Made by a program: the position numbers and the translations under genes. Of a DNA stretch of 64,000 bases, positions 13,500 to 27,500 are shown piece after piece. The notes below the pieces were generated by a model, which did not search any database, was not told where the DNA came from, and saw nothing but the letters and a program-made list of their open reading frames with translations. Source of the DNA: Geosiphon pyriformis uo1 (Eukaryota > Fungi > Glomeromycota); NCBI GenBank assembly GCA_016748015.1, contig JAAOMT010000590.1:879667-943666 (forward strand). The letters are read 5' to 3'. Each line of letters starts with the position of its first letter. Positions within the stretch are counted from its first letter, which is position 1.

Positions 13500-15780
13500 G
13501 TTGATTGTTAAAAAAAAATTTTTTTTTTTATAATAATTTTAAATTAATAGTTTTAACATCATTTAAATAATATATTGAAACGTGAAATAATTCAAACCTT
13601 TATTCTTAATTTCATGAAATTAAAAAATAAAATCAAAATTCAAAGATAAAATAAATATTTTAAAAAAGAATTATGATTATTTTTAAATTTAGATTTTTTT
13701 TATATCTTTAGAATAATCATTTAAAAGTATTTAAAAATTAAAAAAAAACTTGATATTTTTTATATTGTGGTTTTCATAAAAAAAACTTGAAATTTTTAAA
13801 AATTATATTAATTATTAATATTTTTTCATTTAAAAAAAAAAAAAATTTTATTTATTTCAAAAATACTCATAAAACCAAAAAAACTTTTTTGATTAAAGAC
13901 ATTTTTAGATCCGAATTGCATTATTAATTATTTAAATAAAAACAGACTTGATTAAATTTATAAAGATTTTAATCTATTGTAATAATAGCTGTATATTATT
14001 TTTTTATTTTAAATATAGTTATTTTAATTCAGTCAATTTATTTTTAAATGTAAAAATTATTAATATTTAAAACAACTTTTAAAAATAAAATCTTTAACTG
14101 TTATCTTTAATTGCTTAATTATAATAAAAAATTATTTTTAAAAAAAGTTAAATTGCTAATTTAAAAATGGTTTTTATAATACTTATTAAACCTATGTATT
14201 TTATAATATACTTATTATATATTATTTTTTATTTAAATGTAAAAATATTTTTGGTTATTATGTTGATAAATATATTTAAAAAGTATTTTTCTGTTATTAA
14301 CCTTGAAAAATACTTTAAATTAAATATATTAAATAAAATATTCAATATTTAGTATATTTAAAAATATATAAAAAAATAAAAATAAAAATAAAAATACTTA
14401 TTAATTTTAGAATTATATCAATATATATTAATTATTAATTTTAATTATACAATTTTTTTGTTATTTTTAAAATTTTTGGTCTAAAATTTTTACAGATATT
14501 TTTAAAATTTCTGGAATTTTTAATATTATATTATTTTTTAATCTTAATATTTAATTGACTAATTTGTTATAATTATTTTTCTTATTTTTTTTATAAATAA
14601 TATTAACTTAAAGCTTATATAAATAACAAAAAATTAATAATTTGATAATTTTAAATATTTAATAACTAATTTATTCTAATATTTTTATTTTTATAATAAT
14701 ATCTAATTTTTAATAAATTAATTTTATATTTCTGTTTATATTTTTTACTAAATAATTTTTAATATTATAATTTTAACACTTATTTTTTTAATTAATTAAT
14801 TTAACAATAAAACACAATAAAATTAAAATAAAAATCAAAAAAAGAAAATAAAGTAATAAAAAAGTAATATCTATTAATACATATAATTAAAAACTATTAA
14901 TTTAATATAATAAAGTTTATAAAATTATGCTTTTGATCTTTTTTGTTTTATTAAAAATAATTTGTATATAATTTTGTGTAATAACTTTGTTTTTTAAAAA
15001 TAATATTAAAAGATTTTATTAATTTGTAATAATATTAAAATTGTTGTTTTAAGTTTAATTTATATATAGTTTATTAATTAATTAAAGAAACAAAATTTGG
15101 TTAACCAAATTTAAATTTAAGATTAAATTAAAAAAAGTAATATATTAAATATAAATTAATAGTATATTACAAATATTTAGTATTAAAAAATTTTATATTG
15201 TTAATATTATTTTGCAAAAGCATTGTTTATTTTTTTGGTCTTAACAATAATATTATAATAAAAATAATTATATTATACAGTTTTAATTAATCTGAATAAC
15301 TAATTACATATAATTAATACATAACTTATATTTAATTTATACTAAATAGTAATTGAATTTTACTTGTTAAACAATTAAAAAAAATTTGAATTAAATTAAA
15401 ATTTAAAAACTAAATTTATAAAACTAATTTAAAATTTAAAATATAATTAATTTAAAAATAATTTAAAATATTGTAAATTATATAATATAAAAATAATTAC
15501 CAAAACAAATTTGTAATAAAAAAATAAAAATAAAAATTTTTAAGAAAAATATAATTGTAAAAAATTTGAATTGTATAAAAAAACCAAATTTATAAATTAT
15601 ATAATAAAACAAATCTAAATAATAAATTAATATTGTTTTATAATAATAATTTTACTTATTACTTATTTTGTTTAATATTTATTTGATCATAATTATTTAC
15701 TATAACCAAATTTATATTGTCAAAAAAATTAAATGATAGTATAAATTTAAAAGTTATTATTCTTATAATCTAACTCGTAA
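13500..15780. other. Extremely AT-rich block, probably ancient transition-eroded repeat or gene debris
   Basis: Nearly devoid of G/C and CpG, with no credible ORF; resembles the end-point of the C>T erosion seen in the LTR elements. Confidence 0.5.
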
Positions 15781-16018
15781 TTATGTTATAAACTGCACTA
15801 ATTGTATGTTTACTATACTGATTAAAGGGGTGCTGCAACAAAACAACATTTTGTGGCTTGGCGATTGGTGACGTAACCTGAATATTTTTCTCCCTACAAA
15901 ATAATCAACCTAGGCGCGCCTTATTATCTCTACTGTTATTTGATCAACACGCGTTCACTATTTCCTTGCGAAGTTGACCTTTGGTCTTTACAAGCTTTAT
16001 TCTACATTTATAACCCAG

Positions 16019-16869
16019 ATGGCTGCTCCAACTTGGATAACTGACGCATGCCAAGCCATAGAAAAAATACGGAAAATGAAAGATGGTGACGAAAGGTACC
16101 TGAATTATATAATCAAAGATTGTTTTATCGTCTTAATTTTTTGTTGATAGGATATTTTTCTAGTCCTATATGGTGGCGAATTCTGGACCTTCGTCCTATG
16201 ACCAACCGACTCGGTCCTGCTAACAAAAGGGCAAAGGAATTCGTAACGGAGGAGACACTGAAGATGCTTGCACCTCCAAAGCTTATCTCACAACAAAGTG
16301 CCATAGACGAGGAAACGGACGTAGTACTCAATATGGTCAAGGTATATATTTGAAACGTCAACCACTCCTTCAATGACGGACCTGATCAAATTTTATCTTG
16401 CTACAGAGTTTACCTTCTGGCGAAATATTGGCTCAATTCCAAAAACTTCCATCTATTGGAACTCTCGGAATACTTCAGAATCTGTCCTCAATTAAGAGTG
16501 TACAAATGGATCAGAAAAATTTAAAAAAATTTCTAGAGGGCAATGTGAAGATTGAAATGGTTCGAATGGATAAATTTGACGTGGAATTTGGAGGTGGTCT
16601 ATCTATCACTAATGAGAAGATAGAAAAACTCTCTCAACACGCGGACATCATTGCACTCGCCTCTTGTGTTCATGAAAGGTAAATACATTATCCCCTTGCT
16701 AAGTTAATCTAGATGAATTAACAACCTTATGGCATTGCTCTACAATAGTATACGGTACTTGAACTCTGGCATCCTTCACACTACTATGGGGAAGCGGACA
16801 GTGGATATCCATATATTCAAATCACTCTTCGATATACTGCAAATAAGCAATCTCGTCCAGATTCATTAG
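16019..16869 (+). CDS. Hypothetical protein, 4 exons, ~220 aa
   Basis: ATG at 16019 (MAAPTWITDACQAIEKIRKMKDGDE). Three short GT-AG introns keep the frame open through SPIWWRILDLRP..., SLPSGEILAQFQKLP...ALASCVHE and SIRYLNSGILHTTMG...LVQIH*. CpG-containing, gene-like composition, with a GC-richer upstream region. No family recognised, and the 3' end may differ. Confidence 0.6.
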
Positions 16870-16950
16870 TAGGTATTCCTAGCTTCATTTAATTCCTTTA
16901 ATTTCACGATAACAATCGTTTGACACAAGATTCTTGACAACAGTGGCGAA

Positions 16951-17243
16951 NNNNNNNNNNNNNNNNNNNNNNNNNNNNNNNNNNNNNNNNNNNNNNNNNN
17001 NNNNNNNNNNNNNNNNNNNNNNNNNNNNNNNNNNNNNNNNNNNNNNNNNNNNNNNNNNNNNNNNNNNNNNNNNNNNNNNNNNNNNNNNNNNNNNNNNNNN
17101 NNNNNNNNNNNNNNNNNNNNNNNNNNNNNNNNNNNNNNNNNNNNNNNNNNNNNNNNNNNNNNNNNNNNNNNNNNNNNNNNNNNNNNNNNNNNNNNNNNNN
17201 NNNNNNNNNNNNNNNNNNNNNNNNNNNNNNNNNNNNNNNNNNN
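16951..17243. other. Assembly gap
   Basis: N bases. Confidence 0.99.
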
Positions 17244-17476
17244 TTATGTCACTCTGCGTTCTTAGAGCCTTTCGCTGTATGATGATGAGATAAGAGTTAT
17301 AGAGATGGGAATCGCAGAAAATGTTGGACCGGATCATGCTGAAACCGATCAAGAGACTGACGCAAACTCGACCAAGGTCTTTAAAGGGAATCGTGATCAG
17401 TGGGAGGAACTCAAGCGCGTCATTCAGAAGGAGGCGGGTGGTTCACTAACGGATTTATTGCTAAAAGGCCTATTGG

Positions 17477-17584
17477 NNNNNNNNNNNNNNNNNNNNNNNN
17501 NNNNNNNNNNNNNNNNNNNNNNNNNNNNNNNNNNNNNNNNNNNNNNNNNNNNNNNNNNNNNNNNNNNNNNNNNNNNNNNNNNNN
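17477..17584. other. Assembly gap
   Basis: N bases. Confidence 0.99.
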
Positions 17585-19354
17585 AAGCCTAAAACTAAAC
17601 CGAAGCTAAAGAGAAAGAAATAAAGGAATAGTATAGGGTGTTTCCTGTCTGCCTCATGGATATCGAATAAGTGGGTTTTGAATTCAACGTGTGAATAGAC
17701 CCCGCTCCAAAATCATTTCGCAAAACTTAACGCTTATTCAATAATTTTATTAAAAAGCTAAAGCTTTTAACAACTCGAACAATATGGAGCTTGAAACTAA
17801 TTTACATTAAATTCACTGTGGAACCGAAAAATTACAGCATCATCAAAAGTATTATAAAAAATTGCACCTTATGTTTTCAAAATAGTTGATATCAAAATTT
17901 ATTCGAGAATACTTAGATAAAGAAGGAATTACTTATGAGATTTGCCAGAAAGAAAAGGTCATCAAAAGAGCATTGGAAAATTCAAATCAAAACCAAGGAA
18001 AAAGAGAAAAATATCAGAAGAGTAATAAGATATAGGAGTAACCTTATATATTTTTAATAAACCATGTAGAAAATATTTCACAAAACCAGACAAAATAAAC
18101 ATAAAATATATTATATAGTTATGATAATTGAATACATAAAACTAATAGAATTCTTGAAAACAGACTGTAGTTGTGGTTGCTCTATCAAGATTCTTAAAGA
18201 AAAATTTGTGAAAATATATAAAACTTTTTAAGCTCTTTTTAAGTCAGAATAAGATATCTTTTTAATAATTTAGCCCAAGACCATGAATAGTAAATTCATA
18301 AATGTTAATTACTATCTTAAGAAAAAAGCTTACATTAATAAAAAACAATATATTGTTAGGACCACAATATATTTCTTTGCCAAAAAACATATTTGAATAT
18401 GCTAAAAATTGGTTATGTCCATTTTAAAAATATATAAAACTATTTAGTAAAAAATGTTAATTGAATTATCCAATTAATTATCTTTTTATTTGAAAAAATA
18501 AGTTATAATTTCTTAGCTGGTTTAAAAAAAAAAATTATTTGTATGTATTTAAATATAATATGTTTTGTAAATTGTTAATATTAGTTAATATTATATATCC
18601 AAATTATAAGCTTTTAAATTAATTTATGTAATATTTGTTAATACTTATAAAATAATTTACAATTTATAAAAAAAAAAAACTCTAAACATATTTAACCAAA
18701 CCAAGTTAAAATAAAACTATTACAATAAAAATACCAAGTTAATATAAAAATAAACAAAACTTATTAATTGATATTATTTAATGATAATATTAAGACTTAA
18801 TATTATAGTATTAATAATATTATTTAATTATAACTAAACTTAAAATGTTTATATATCATATTTAAATTAATAAATTAACAAAATATATTATCTTAATATT
18901 TATAAAATATATTTATTTAATATTCAAAATAAAATAATATATAAATAAATTAATTTTATACTAAATATAAATAAATTATTTATAATAATATAGATAAACA
19001 AAACAAAAACAATATTACTTTTTAGTTTTTTTTGTATTTGGTATTTTTTTAGTATTATAAAAACATTAAGTTAAATTTTAAATTATATTAAATTTAAATA
19101 TAATAGTGGTTTTAGTTTAATTAAAAGATTTTATCATAAAATTATAGTAAATTATATAAATTATTTCATAAATATAAAAAAACTAGCATTATAAAATTAA
19201 ATAAAACTTGTTTTAAAAAATTGTTTAATTTTAATATTGTATAATCTATTTTAAAAATTTAAATTATTAAAATATTGTAAATTTAAAACTTTAATAACAT
19301 AAAAAATCAAAGCTTTATTATTTTTAATGCGAATATTTATTTTTATTATAATGT

Positions 19355-20884
19355 TGTTACAGATAAGTTTTAGGGTCTCAAAGCAAATAACAAATCTGTA
19401 ATTTGGTGCTCAATTGATATAAAGATGTTGATTACTAAAAGTAGTTTGTATCTGAAGATTTTGGTTAAATTCTTTGTATTGTTACAGTTGAAACCCATAA
19501 TTTTTATTAGTTATCACATGTATTAGCCACTGATGTCATATAATTAGCCACTCTATTTTTAGATAGTAATTATTAACTTGATCAATGACCTGACCATTGA
19601 CCTGATCATTAACCTGATCATTGACCTGATCATTGATCTGGTTATTGACCACTTTTATTAGCTATATAAGTGATGAGTCTTTTAGCTGTAGAAAATCATC
19701 TTTCAGACAAGAATCAAATAAATAAAAATAACAACTTTCATCTCAATCACTCTCTTATTGCTAAATTTCCCTTTCCCTACCTTCAAGTATCTGAACATCT
19801 TAGGATAAAAGATTACTTGTTGGCCTTTTTCTGTTTGAATAATTGTAGTATTTGAAGACTATTTGTATAAACGTAACTAAAGAGCACAAGTTGATACCTA
19901 ATATTGAATTCTAAGAGCACCAACATGAAGACATAGAATTAATACCAGCAGTGATCAATTGTTGACAGTATGGACTATTCTTCTGCCTTCAGATTCTCCA
20001 GTTATCTTTGAAAAGAATAGTGACTGAGATATTTTATGAGACTGATCTTGCATATTGAATCCATACTTATTCAATTCACTCTTTGAAGTTGAATTCCCTT
20101 TGATCTATTCTATCACCATAAAATTCTGTTCTCTCTTGCTATCCATTAGTTTGTTACTCCAACCTGTAACAGTATAATAAACAGAGATTCAATAGTTGTT
20201 TTCAGTAGTCTCCCAGAATCGTAATTCCATTAATTTTTTTCTTATCTTGATGGCCAGCAATTCTTTGGTAAGTAATCCATAATTTTTGTATGTGCTTTAC
20301 CTATTCACAGGGGTTTTTTACCAGACAATTCTTGACATCAATAATTCAGCACTTAATTTTTAATCAATTTAGTAAACAACAAAAGAAATAACAATAGAAA
20401 ATAAAAGAAACAAAAAAAATAAAGAAATAAGCCAAGGCAATTTTTCAAGTTAGTATCTTGTCAATAGCCGTGATCAAGAGCTATTGTTTCAGTATAATTA
20501 AGTATAAATTACTATCAACATAAAGTATTGATAGTAGAAAGTGGATTAAGATAGTAAATAATTATTTATTAATATTTGTGATATGAAAGATTGCTTAGAT
20601 TAAATCTAAACTGAGTGGTTTGTTTTTTCTACTTCTAATTCTACCACTATATATACATAATTGAGATTTCTCAATTCCTCAATTCTTTACACCAGGAATC
20701 CTGCAATTTCCCTGAAAAGAATCCTGGAATTCTGAAATCTTGCAATTTCTTTATATAAGAATCCTAAAATTTCTGAAATTCTGCAATTTTACTACAAAGA
20801 ATCCTAAAATTCTATATTTACTACAGCTATTTCTGATTGGCTAAGTTTATATGCTAATATATTTCTTATATTTTATGAGTAACA
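19355..20884 (-). repeat. 3' LTR of element A (split by a solo LTR)
   Basis: Aligns with 58056-58910 once 19480-20175 is removed; followed on the + strand by a polypyrimidine tract (PPT on minus). Confidence 0.92.
19480..20171 (+). mobile_element. Solo LTR (692 bp) of a different family, inserted in the LTR of A
   Basis: Ends TGTTACAG...CTGTAACA, flanked by TSD GTAT (19476-19479, 20172-20175). Contains a 12-bp tandem array (TTGACCTGATCA-like, ~19578-19651), then a TATA-like CTATATAA and AATAAA. The + orientation is inferred from those signals. Confidence 0.85.
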
Positions 20885-20898
20885 TTATTTTCTCCTTT

Positions 20899-21528
20899 TT
20901 AATATTGAGCTCTGTCAAGATTTTCTAATTCTACTTCTCTGTTGCTGAGTATTTCTTGAACTTCTTTTTCAAGAATTACTTATGCTATTTTGTTCTGTAA
21001 TTTTTCAAATTGGACATTTATTATTTTTTCCATTTGGTTAATGGTAATAGAGTTTATTTTTGGATCGAGTAAGATTTCTAGTCAATTTTGAAATCTGGTG
21101 TGTAGCTGATAAATTGCTCTTGCTTGTGTGGTCAAATTGTTTTTTCCCACAAATTGTTCCAGTTGTTGCAATATTGTTGTGTTAAATAATTGTTTTGTTT
21201 TATCCATATATAAGTTCTGAATGTTCAAGTGTTGTTCCAAATAAAAGTAACAAAAGTTTCTTGAAAATTGTTGTATCCACTAATTCCAAGTTTCAATAGT
21301 CAACTTTTGATATTGGGTAACTTTTGGTTGTGTTTCTATTGTCAATTTTACTTTTATGATTATTTTGTTCACAGTGTTCTCTGTTTTCCTTCATATTTTG
21401 TTTCATAGTCTTTTCCTGATATTTGTATATCAAATAGTTTGTTAATTAATTGTAATTTCTATCTTTTGTTGTTGTATTAATTGAAAAAGTTGTTGTGCTA
21501 ATGAGTGAATACTATTAGTAATCTTCAT
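20899..21528 (-). pseudogene. Extra 3' ORF (ORF3, env position) of element A, ~210 codons, decayed
   Basis: ATG at 21528 shortly after the pol stop; ends in ...LDRAQY* abutting the PPT. Homologous ORFs are present in B and D. Confidence 0.75.
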
Positions 21529-21585
21529 TTTCTATTGTCTTTTGTTGCATATACCATCTTTTTATATTCTTTGATTGTTCAATTT

Positions 21586-24500
21586 TACATGTTTGGTTTA
21601 ATGATTATAATTGGTTTTAGATCTTGTGAAATCTCATCTGGTTTAACTAGTATTCTCTGTACTTCTAATTGTGGAATATTACTAATAGATAATGTTGTTA
21701 TACTGTAGTCTGGCTTCAGTCAATCTCTATGTGCTGTTTTGGTTAAGGTTTTGTTGTTTAATCTTAATTTATAAGCTCCATTTCTAAGAATTTCTTCTAT
21801 GTAAAATGGTTTGTCCCATTTAAGGTCAAATTTTCCATTTCATTGTTTTTCTATTTTGGTATGATGTAGAAGTACTTTGTCTTCAATCTTGAATTTAACT
21901 GGTTTCTCTGATAGTTGGTTATTGTGTCTTTCTTTTTGTTTTTCTTGTGACTTTTATATATTATCAGCTGCTTTTTGCTGTGTGTTTTTTAATGTCTCTA
22001 TTAAGTCATATGTTTTTCTTAACAATGTTTTTTGGAAATTTTCTTCTGTTATTGGTTTTGTTGGATATGTTTTGACTTCTATCTTAACTGGTAATGTCAC
22101 TGTTCTATCATATACTAATTTAAATAATGTTGCTTGTGTAGTGCCTCGCTTCATTATTCAATACGCAAATAATACTGATGGTATGATTAAATCTTATTCA
22201 TTCTGGTTTTTTGGCTGATTTTGGCTATTGCTTCATACAGTGTTCTGTTGAACCTTTCAACTAATCCATTTGTTTGTGGATGGTATGGTGATGATAATGG
22301 TCTTTTTATTCCAAATCTTTGACTTAATTCTGCCAATGTTCTATTCACAAAGTGAGTTTTTTGATCTGGTAATAGTTTTTTTGGACATCTATGTTAACAG
22401 ATCAAATCTTGATGAACAAATTTGGCAATGGATTTTACATCTACTCTTTAAATGGCTTTTGCTTCTGGCCATTTTGTGAGATAATCTATGACTACTGCAA
22501 TATATCTGTTGCTTTTGCTGGTGATTGTTAATGGTCCAACTAAGTTAATTCCAATGTGGTTAAATGGTTGGCCCATTTTAATTGGTCTTAATGGTTCACT
22601 TGGTTTTGTTCTTCCTCTTTTCTGACAAGCATCACAGTTCTAAACATATTAAATAATATCTGGATACATAGATGGCCAATAGTATCTTTTTTTGGTTCTT
22701 TCTATAGTTGCTTCTTTATGAAAATGTCCTGCTGTTAGATCTGAGTGCATATTGAATAATATTGTCTCTTTCTCTGGTTCTGTAATTACTCTGGTTAGTT
22801 GATCTGGGTTCTTTCTGTTCTTCCAATAAAGTATATTTTGGTGGTTAATAAAATATTTTGATTGTTGTTTTATGTTGTTTTGCTCTTTTTGAGATAATTT
22901 TTTCTTGAACAATTGGGTATTTATATAGTGTTAGAGTTGTTGGTATTTTTGTATATTCATTTTTTTTCTATATTTTTGGGTTGCAATGTTTTTAGATTTG
23001 TCTCATTCATGACAAACTGTCAGCATTTCCATTTTCTTTTCCTTTCTTATAATGTACTATATAATTAAATGGTAAGAGTTCTATTTTTCATTTGGCATGA
23101 TGATTGTTTCCAAATTTTTGTTTCTGGATTGAAGTCAATCTTTTATGATTAGTGTACACATTAAACTTCTGACTCAAGTATTTTTTCCATTTGGTGACAG
23201 CCCAATAAATAGCTAAGTGTTCCAATGCTGGAGTTCTATAGTTTTTTTCAGCTGGGCTTAAGCTTCTATTTGTGTAAGCTACTTGATGTTCTTGTCTGTC
23301 TGGTCTTTTCTGAGATAATACTACTCCCAATGCTTAACCAGATACATTAGTTGTGATTATGAATGGCTTGCTATGATCTGAATAGATTAGTACTAAAGCT
23401 TGAATAAGTTTTTTTCTTAATGTATCAAAAGCTTCTTGCTGAATTTCTGTCCATTCATATTTGGCATTCTTTGTTTGGAGTTGGTGTAGTGGTTAAGCTA
23501 TTTTGAAAAAGTTTTTGATAAAACGGTGGTAGTATCCAGCAAATTTCAAGAATACTCTTAATTCTGTAAAATTATTTGGTACTGGAAAGTTTTTGACAAT
23601 CTCAATCTTGTCTGAGTTCGTTTTGATTCTGTCTTTGCTCACAACATGTCCCAAAAACTTGAGTTCAGTTTTTTCAAAGAAACATTTGGTTGTATTTAGC
23701 TTTAATCCAGCTCTTTTTAGTCTTTCAAACACTTGTTGGAGATGATGCAGATGATTATCAAATGTTTTTGAGAACACATTAGTGTTATCCAAGTATATGA
23801 CTACTGATTTCCATAGTAACTCAGTATAAACAATTTCCATAAGTTGCTGGAGTATTCATCAAGCCAAATGGCATTACTTCAAATTCAAAGTTTTCTTCTC
23901 GAGTTGTAAAAGCTGTTTTCTCTTTATCTTCTGGTTTTATGGCTATTTGCCAGTAACCACTATCTAAGTTTAATGTTGAAAACCATTTTTTTCTTCCAAA
24001 AGCATCAAAAAGTTCCTGGATTTTTGGAGTTGAGTAGCTGTCTCCTTTTGTTACTCTATTCAGTTTCTGGTAATCCACACAAAAGTGGATTTTTCTATTC
24101 TTCTTATGGACTAGTACCACTAGTGATGACCATGAACTCATTGATGGCTGAATTAGTCTATTGTCAAGCATTCGATTGATTTCTTGATGAATGATCTCAT
24201 AGCTAGCTGGTGGTATTTTGTATGTTTTTTGTTTAATTGGCATTGTATCTTCAGTCTTGATTTGATGTTAGATAATGTTAGTTCTGCCAAATTTATTTTT
24301 GCTGGCAAAGATGTTATTGAAATTGTTGAGTAACATTTTGAGTTGCATATGTTGTAGTGAATCTAAGTTCCTCATGTTCATTTGTTCCAATTGTTCTAAT
24401 TGGAGCAAATAACATTTATTTTGTTCATATATTGTTTGTGATGTAATATCCACATATCTGCAAAGTTGTGAAAAGTCTGGAATAATGTCTGGCAGTTGGT

Positions 24501-27500
24501 TTTCAATTTTAGTGGTTAAGTATCCAATAGTTGTTTCTTCTGGTATTCTGATAACATTTTCTGTGTTGTTGTAGATGGAAATTTTTATGTGACTATGGTT
24601 TTTGGCTGGTATGTGTAAATTGACTAATCCAATTTCTTCTAATTTGCAAGTATTGCTTCTGCCTCAAAAATTTGAACCTAATTCTTCACTTTTCTCTCTA
24701 TAACTACCATGTATTAGTCATATGGTGGAATAGAAATTGATTGATGGATGGAGATAATTTCTTCCTTGTCAACAATTTCTTCTTCTGCCATATTAATTGG
24801 TACATCTATTCTATCTGTTAATCCAAAATCCTGTATCTCTTTAGTTGTAATTCCTAATTCTTCACTGTTTCCTACTAATACTAATTAAGCTATTTTAATT
24901 AGGGACAAAAATATTGCCTGTATTATCTTTTTGTTTAGATCTATAATATATGCTTTTTCTGAGTCATTTTGTAGTATAGTAATAATATTTCTTATATATT
25001 TTGCGTCAATTATTCCTCTTCTGATGTTGATTTTCTTTTTTGCTAAGCTGCTCCTAGATACTAACTGAACCATTATTGCTGGAATTTTCAATGCTATTTT
25101 GAAATCAATACAGATATGTAAATGGGGTTCCAATTTGATGAGATTTTTTCTTGAATATCTCAGATCAAACTCTGCATCAGTATCATGCACACATTCTGGC
25201 ATAATACCTTCATTATTATCACTAAACAATTTTAGTTCTTGTTCTTTGGTGAGATTAGAGAGTGCAATATATTGTTCATGGTTTAAATTGGAGTTTGAAT
25301 CTAAGTCTAAATTGTTGTCATTGTTATTATCATATGGAATGGAGCTGGAACTATTGTTTTTATTGTCATTATTGTCGGAGTTTGAATCAGAATTAAATTT
25401 TGATTCCAATTCTGATGTATAGCTGTTGATTGGTTTTTCCTTCTCTGGGATCATGTAGATTATGCAAATTGGTGAATTGTAAATGAGATCACATTCATTA
25501 CAATATTGAAAGTTACAGAGAATTAAGCAGTGTTAACACAGTTTAGTGTTTAACTGTTCTAAGCATTGCTCTTGCTCTTCTCTAGTGGGTGCTAAGTTTT
25601 GATAATGTTCATAAAATTTTTCTGGATCTGTTTCAATATCTAGAAATGTTTTTGGATTGGGAATTAAAACAATGTCAACTGGTTCTGGTGGGTTGTTTTT
25701 GATCTCTAAGATTTTGCTGGGCATGGCTCCTTTGACTTTGGCATTAGCCATATGCCAGATCTCGTCCTTGTCATGTGGATACCTATTTAAGCAATTGATT
25801 GCTTGGTGCCAGGCTACAGTAATAGGCATTCCATAACTCACCCAGTTGTTGATGAGAATCGTGTATTAGCATAAAGTGTCATATGTTTCTCCTTACCCAG
25901 AAATATTATTCCACATCTCTTTGTTGAACAACTGTTCACTGCAAGCAAGACATAGTCCATTGTTCTATTTTCCTTGACATTTTGGATACTTATATTGTTT
26001 TCTATAGTATGGCTTACAGTAATAATACATAGATGTCTAGTAGTCTTCATTTGACACCACCCAAGCTCCCATAAAAAAAAGTTTCTTCCCATAGTCTTTG
26101 CATTTGAGAGATATGTATAGTGGTTGTGGCAGTGGCTTGTGAACTGAGTATAAATTTGTCCAGCCACTGTTTATTTCTCTGGTGTTGGTGGCTTTTTTGG
26201 TTATGTTTTCTTCTTCTTTCTTCTTTTCCTTTCCTTTGTTGTTCTCTTTCCACTCCTAATTTGACAGTTTGTCTTGGTTATTGTCAGTTTCCTATGCTTG
26301 GTTAGTATTCCAAGTAAGTTTTTCTCATTGTTTTTCTTTCCCATTGTCATCTTAAGAAAGGATGGATGGTAGCTTGTTGTGGTTGTCATCAGCCCATGAG
26401 ACTTAATACGCTTCCCAAGTTGGTTTTTTTTTTTTTTCCTCAAAGTTAATAAGTGGTACTGGTGGGTTGTTGGTTTTGAAGTGACCACACATGGCTGGTA
26501 CTTGTGTGTATTGGCTGTTTTGGCTAAGTTGAAGCTCTTGTGTTGTCCAGTCAAGTATGGTATTAGTTTTAGATAACCAGTTATTATCTACTAATGCCTA
26601 ATATTAAGTTGCTTTTATTATTAGAACTTTGATGGAAATGATAATACCATTGACTTCAAAAGAGAAGTCATCAATTTCACCAATAAGGGTTTTGGTTGTC
26701 TCATCAGCAGTAATTATGCAAGCACTGGTGGTGTAATCAACTCAGCAACCTAATTGGTCCATGAGTTGTTTTGTAATGATGCTGCCAGTTGATCCACTGT
26801 TTAAGATCAGTTTGATGGAATGCCCATCCACTTTGACATCAGTGTACATTGCAGTTATGGATTTGGTGTCTAATGTGGCTCTACTAAATAATAGAACTGG
26901 AGTCATTTCTTTAAGTTCAAAAAGAAATATAATAACAAGAGTTTTGTCTTTGGTGCTGGTTGCGGGTAGAATATTATTAGTAAGTATTGGTTATTGATTG
27001 GATTCTGGGTTATTGGGTGAGGCATCTTTTGAGGTAACCAGGAGACTTAAATAGTGTTGTAAATTCTGGTTTTGGGTGTACTTAGTTTCCAAGCTCCAAG
27101 AACATAATTTTGATAATTGGTTAAAAAAGCTGGGAATTGGTTGATGAACAACTATCATTGATCTCTAGTTTTAAGTGATCCATAATCTGGGGTTCTCTAA
27201 TGTCATTTGGGCTGGATTTGATGGCAATATTTAAACTATGTATGTCTAATAAATTATTTGGGGCTGTGATAGTTGATATATTATTTGTGGCTGTGGTTGA
27301 TAAATTGAAGGTTGATATATGAGTGGTTGGTATATTGGTGGTTGTGTCATTAATAGATAAGTGATTTGATATTAATCTTGATTTGAGTAATAGTTCAAAG
27401 TTTGAAATTGACAATCAGAGTTTTTGTATTGATTTTCTAATCATAAGTTACTATAAGAATGGCAGTTGATTCTGATGTAATCTTGTTTATTACAGTTATA

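Noticed and set aside
13500-15780. Organellar insertion (NUMT) or centromere explanation for the AT-rich block
   Set aside because: No mitochondrial gene, tRNA, rRNA or satellite periodicity is recognisable; composition alone is insufficient.
17780-18300. Possible coding relic (ISKFIREYLDKEGITYEICQKEK...)
   Set aside because: Short, interrupted frames with no recognisable motif; cannot be supported without a homology search.
19578-19651. Regular 12-bp repeats (and the repeat arrays in the other LTRs) as a possible CRISPR array
   Set aside because: No unique spacers, eukaryotic context, located inside LTR U3, and no cas genes.
21586-21720. Chromodomain at the integrase C-terminus
   Set aside because: After the GPF-type module the tail is short (...PIIIIKPNM*) and lacks the aromatic-cage and YLVKW signatures.
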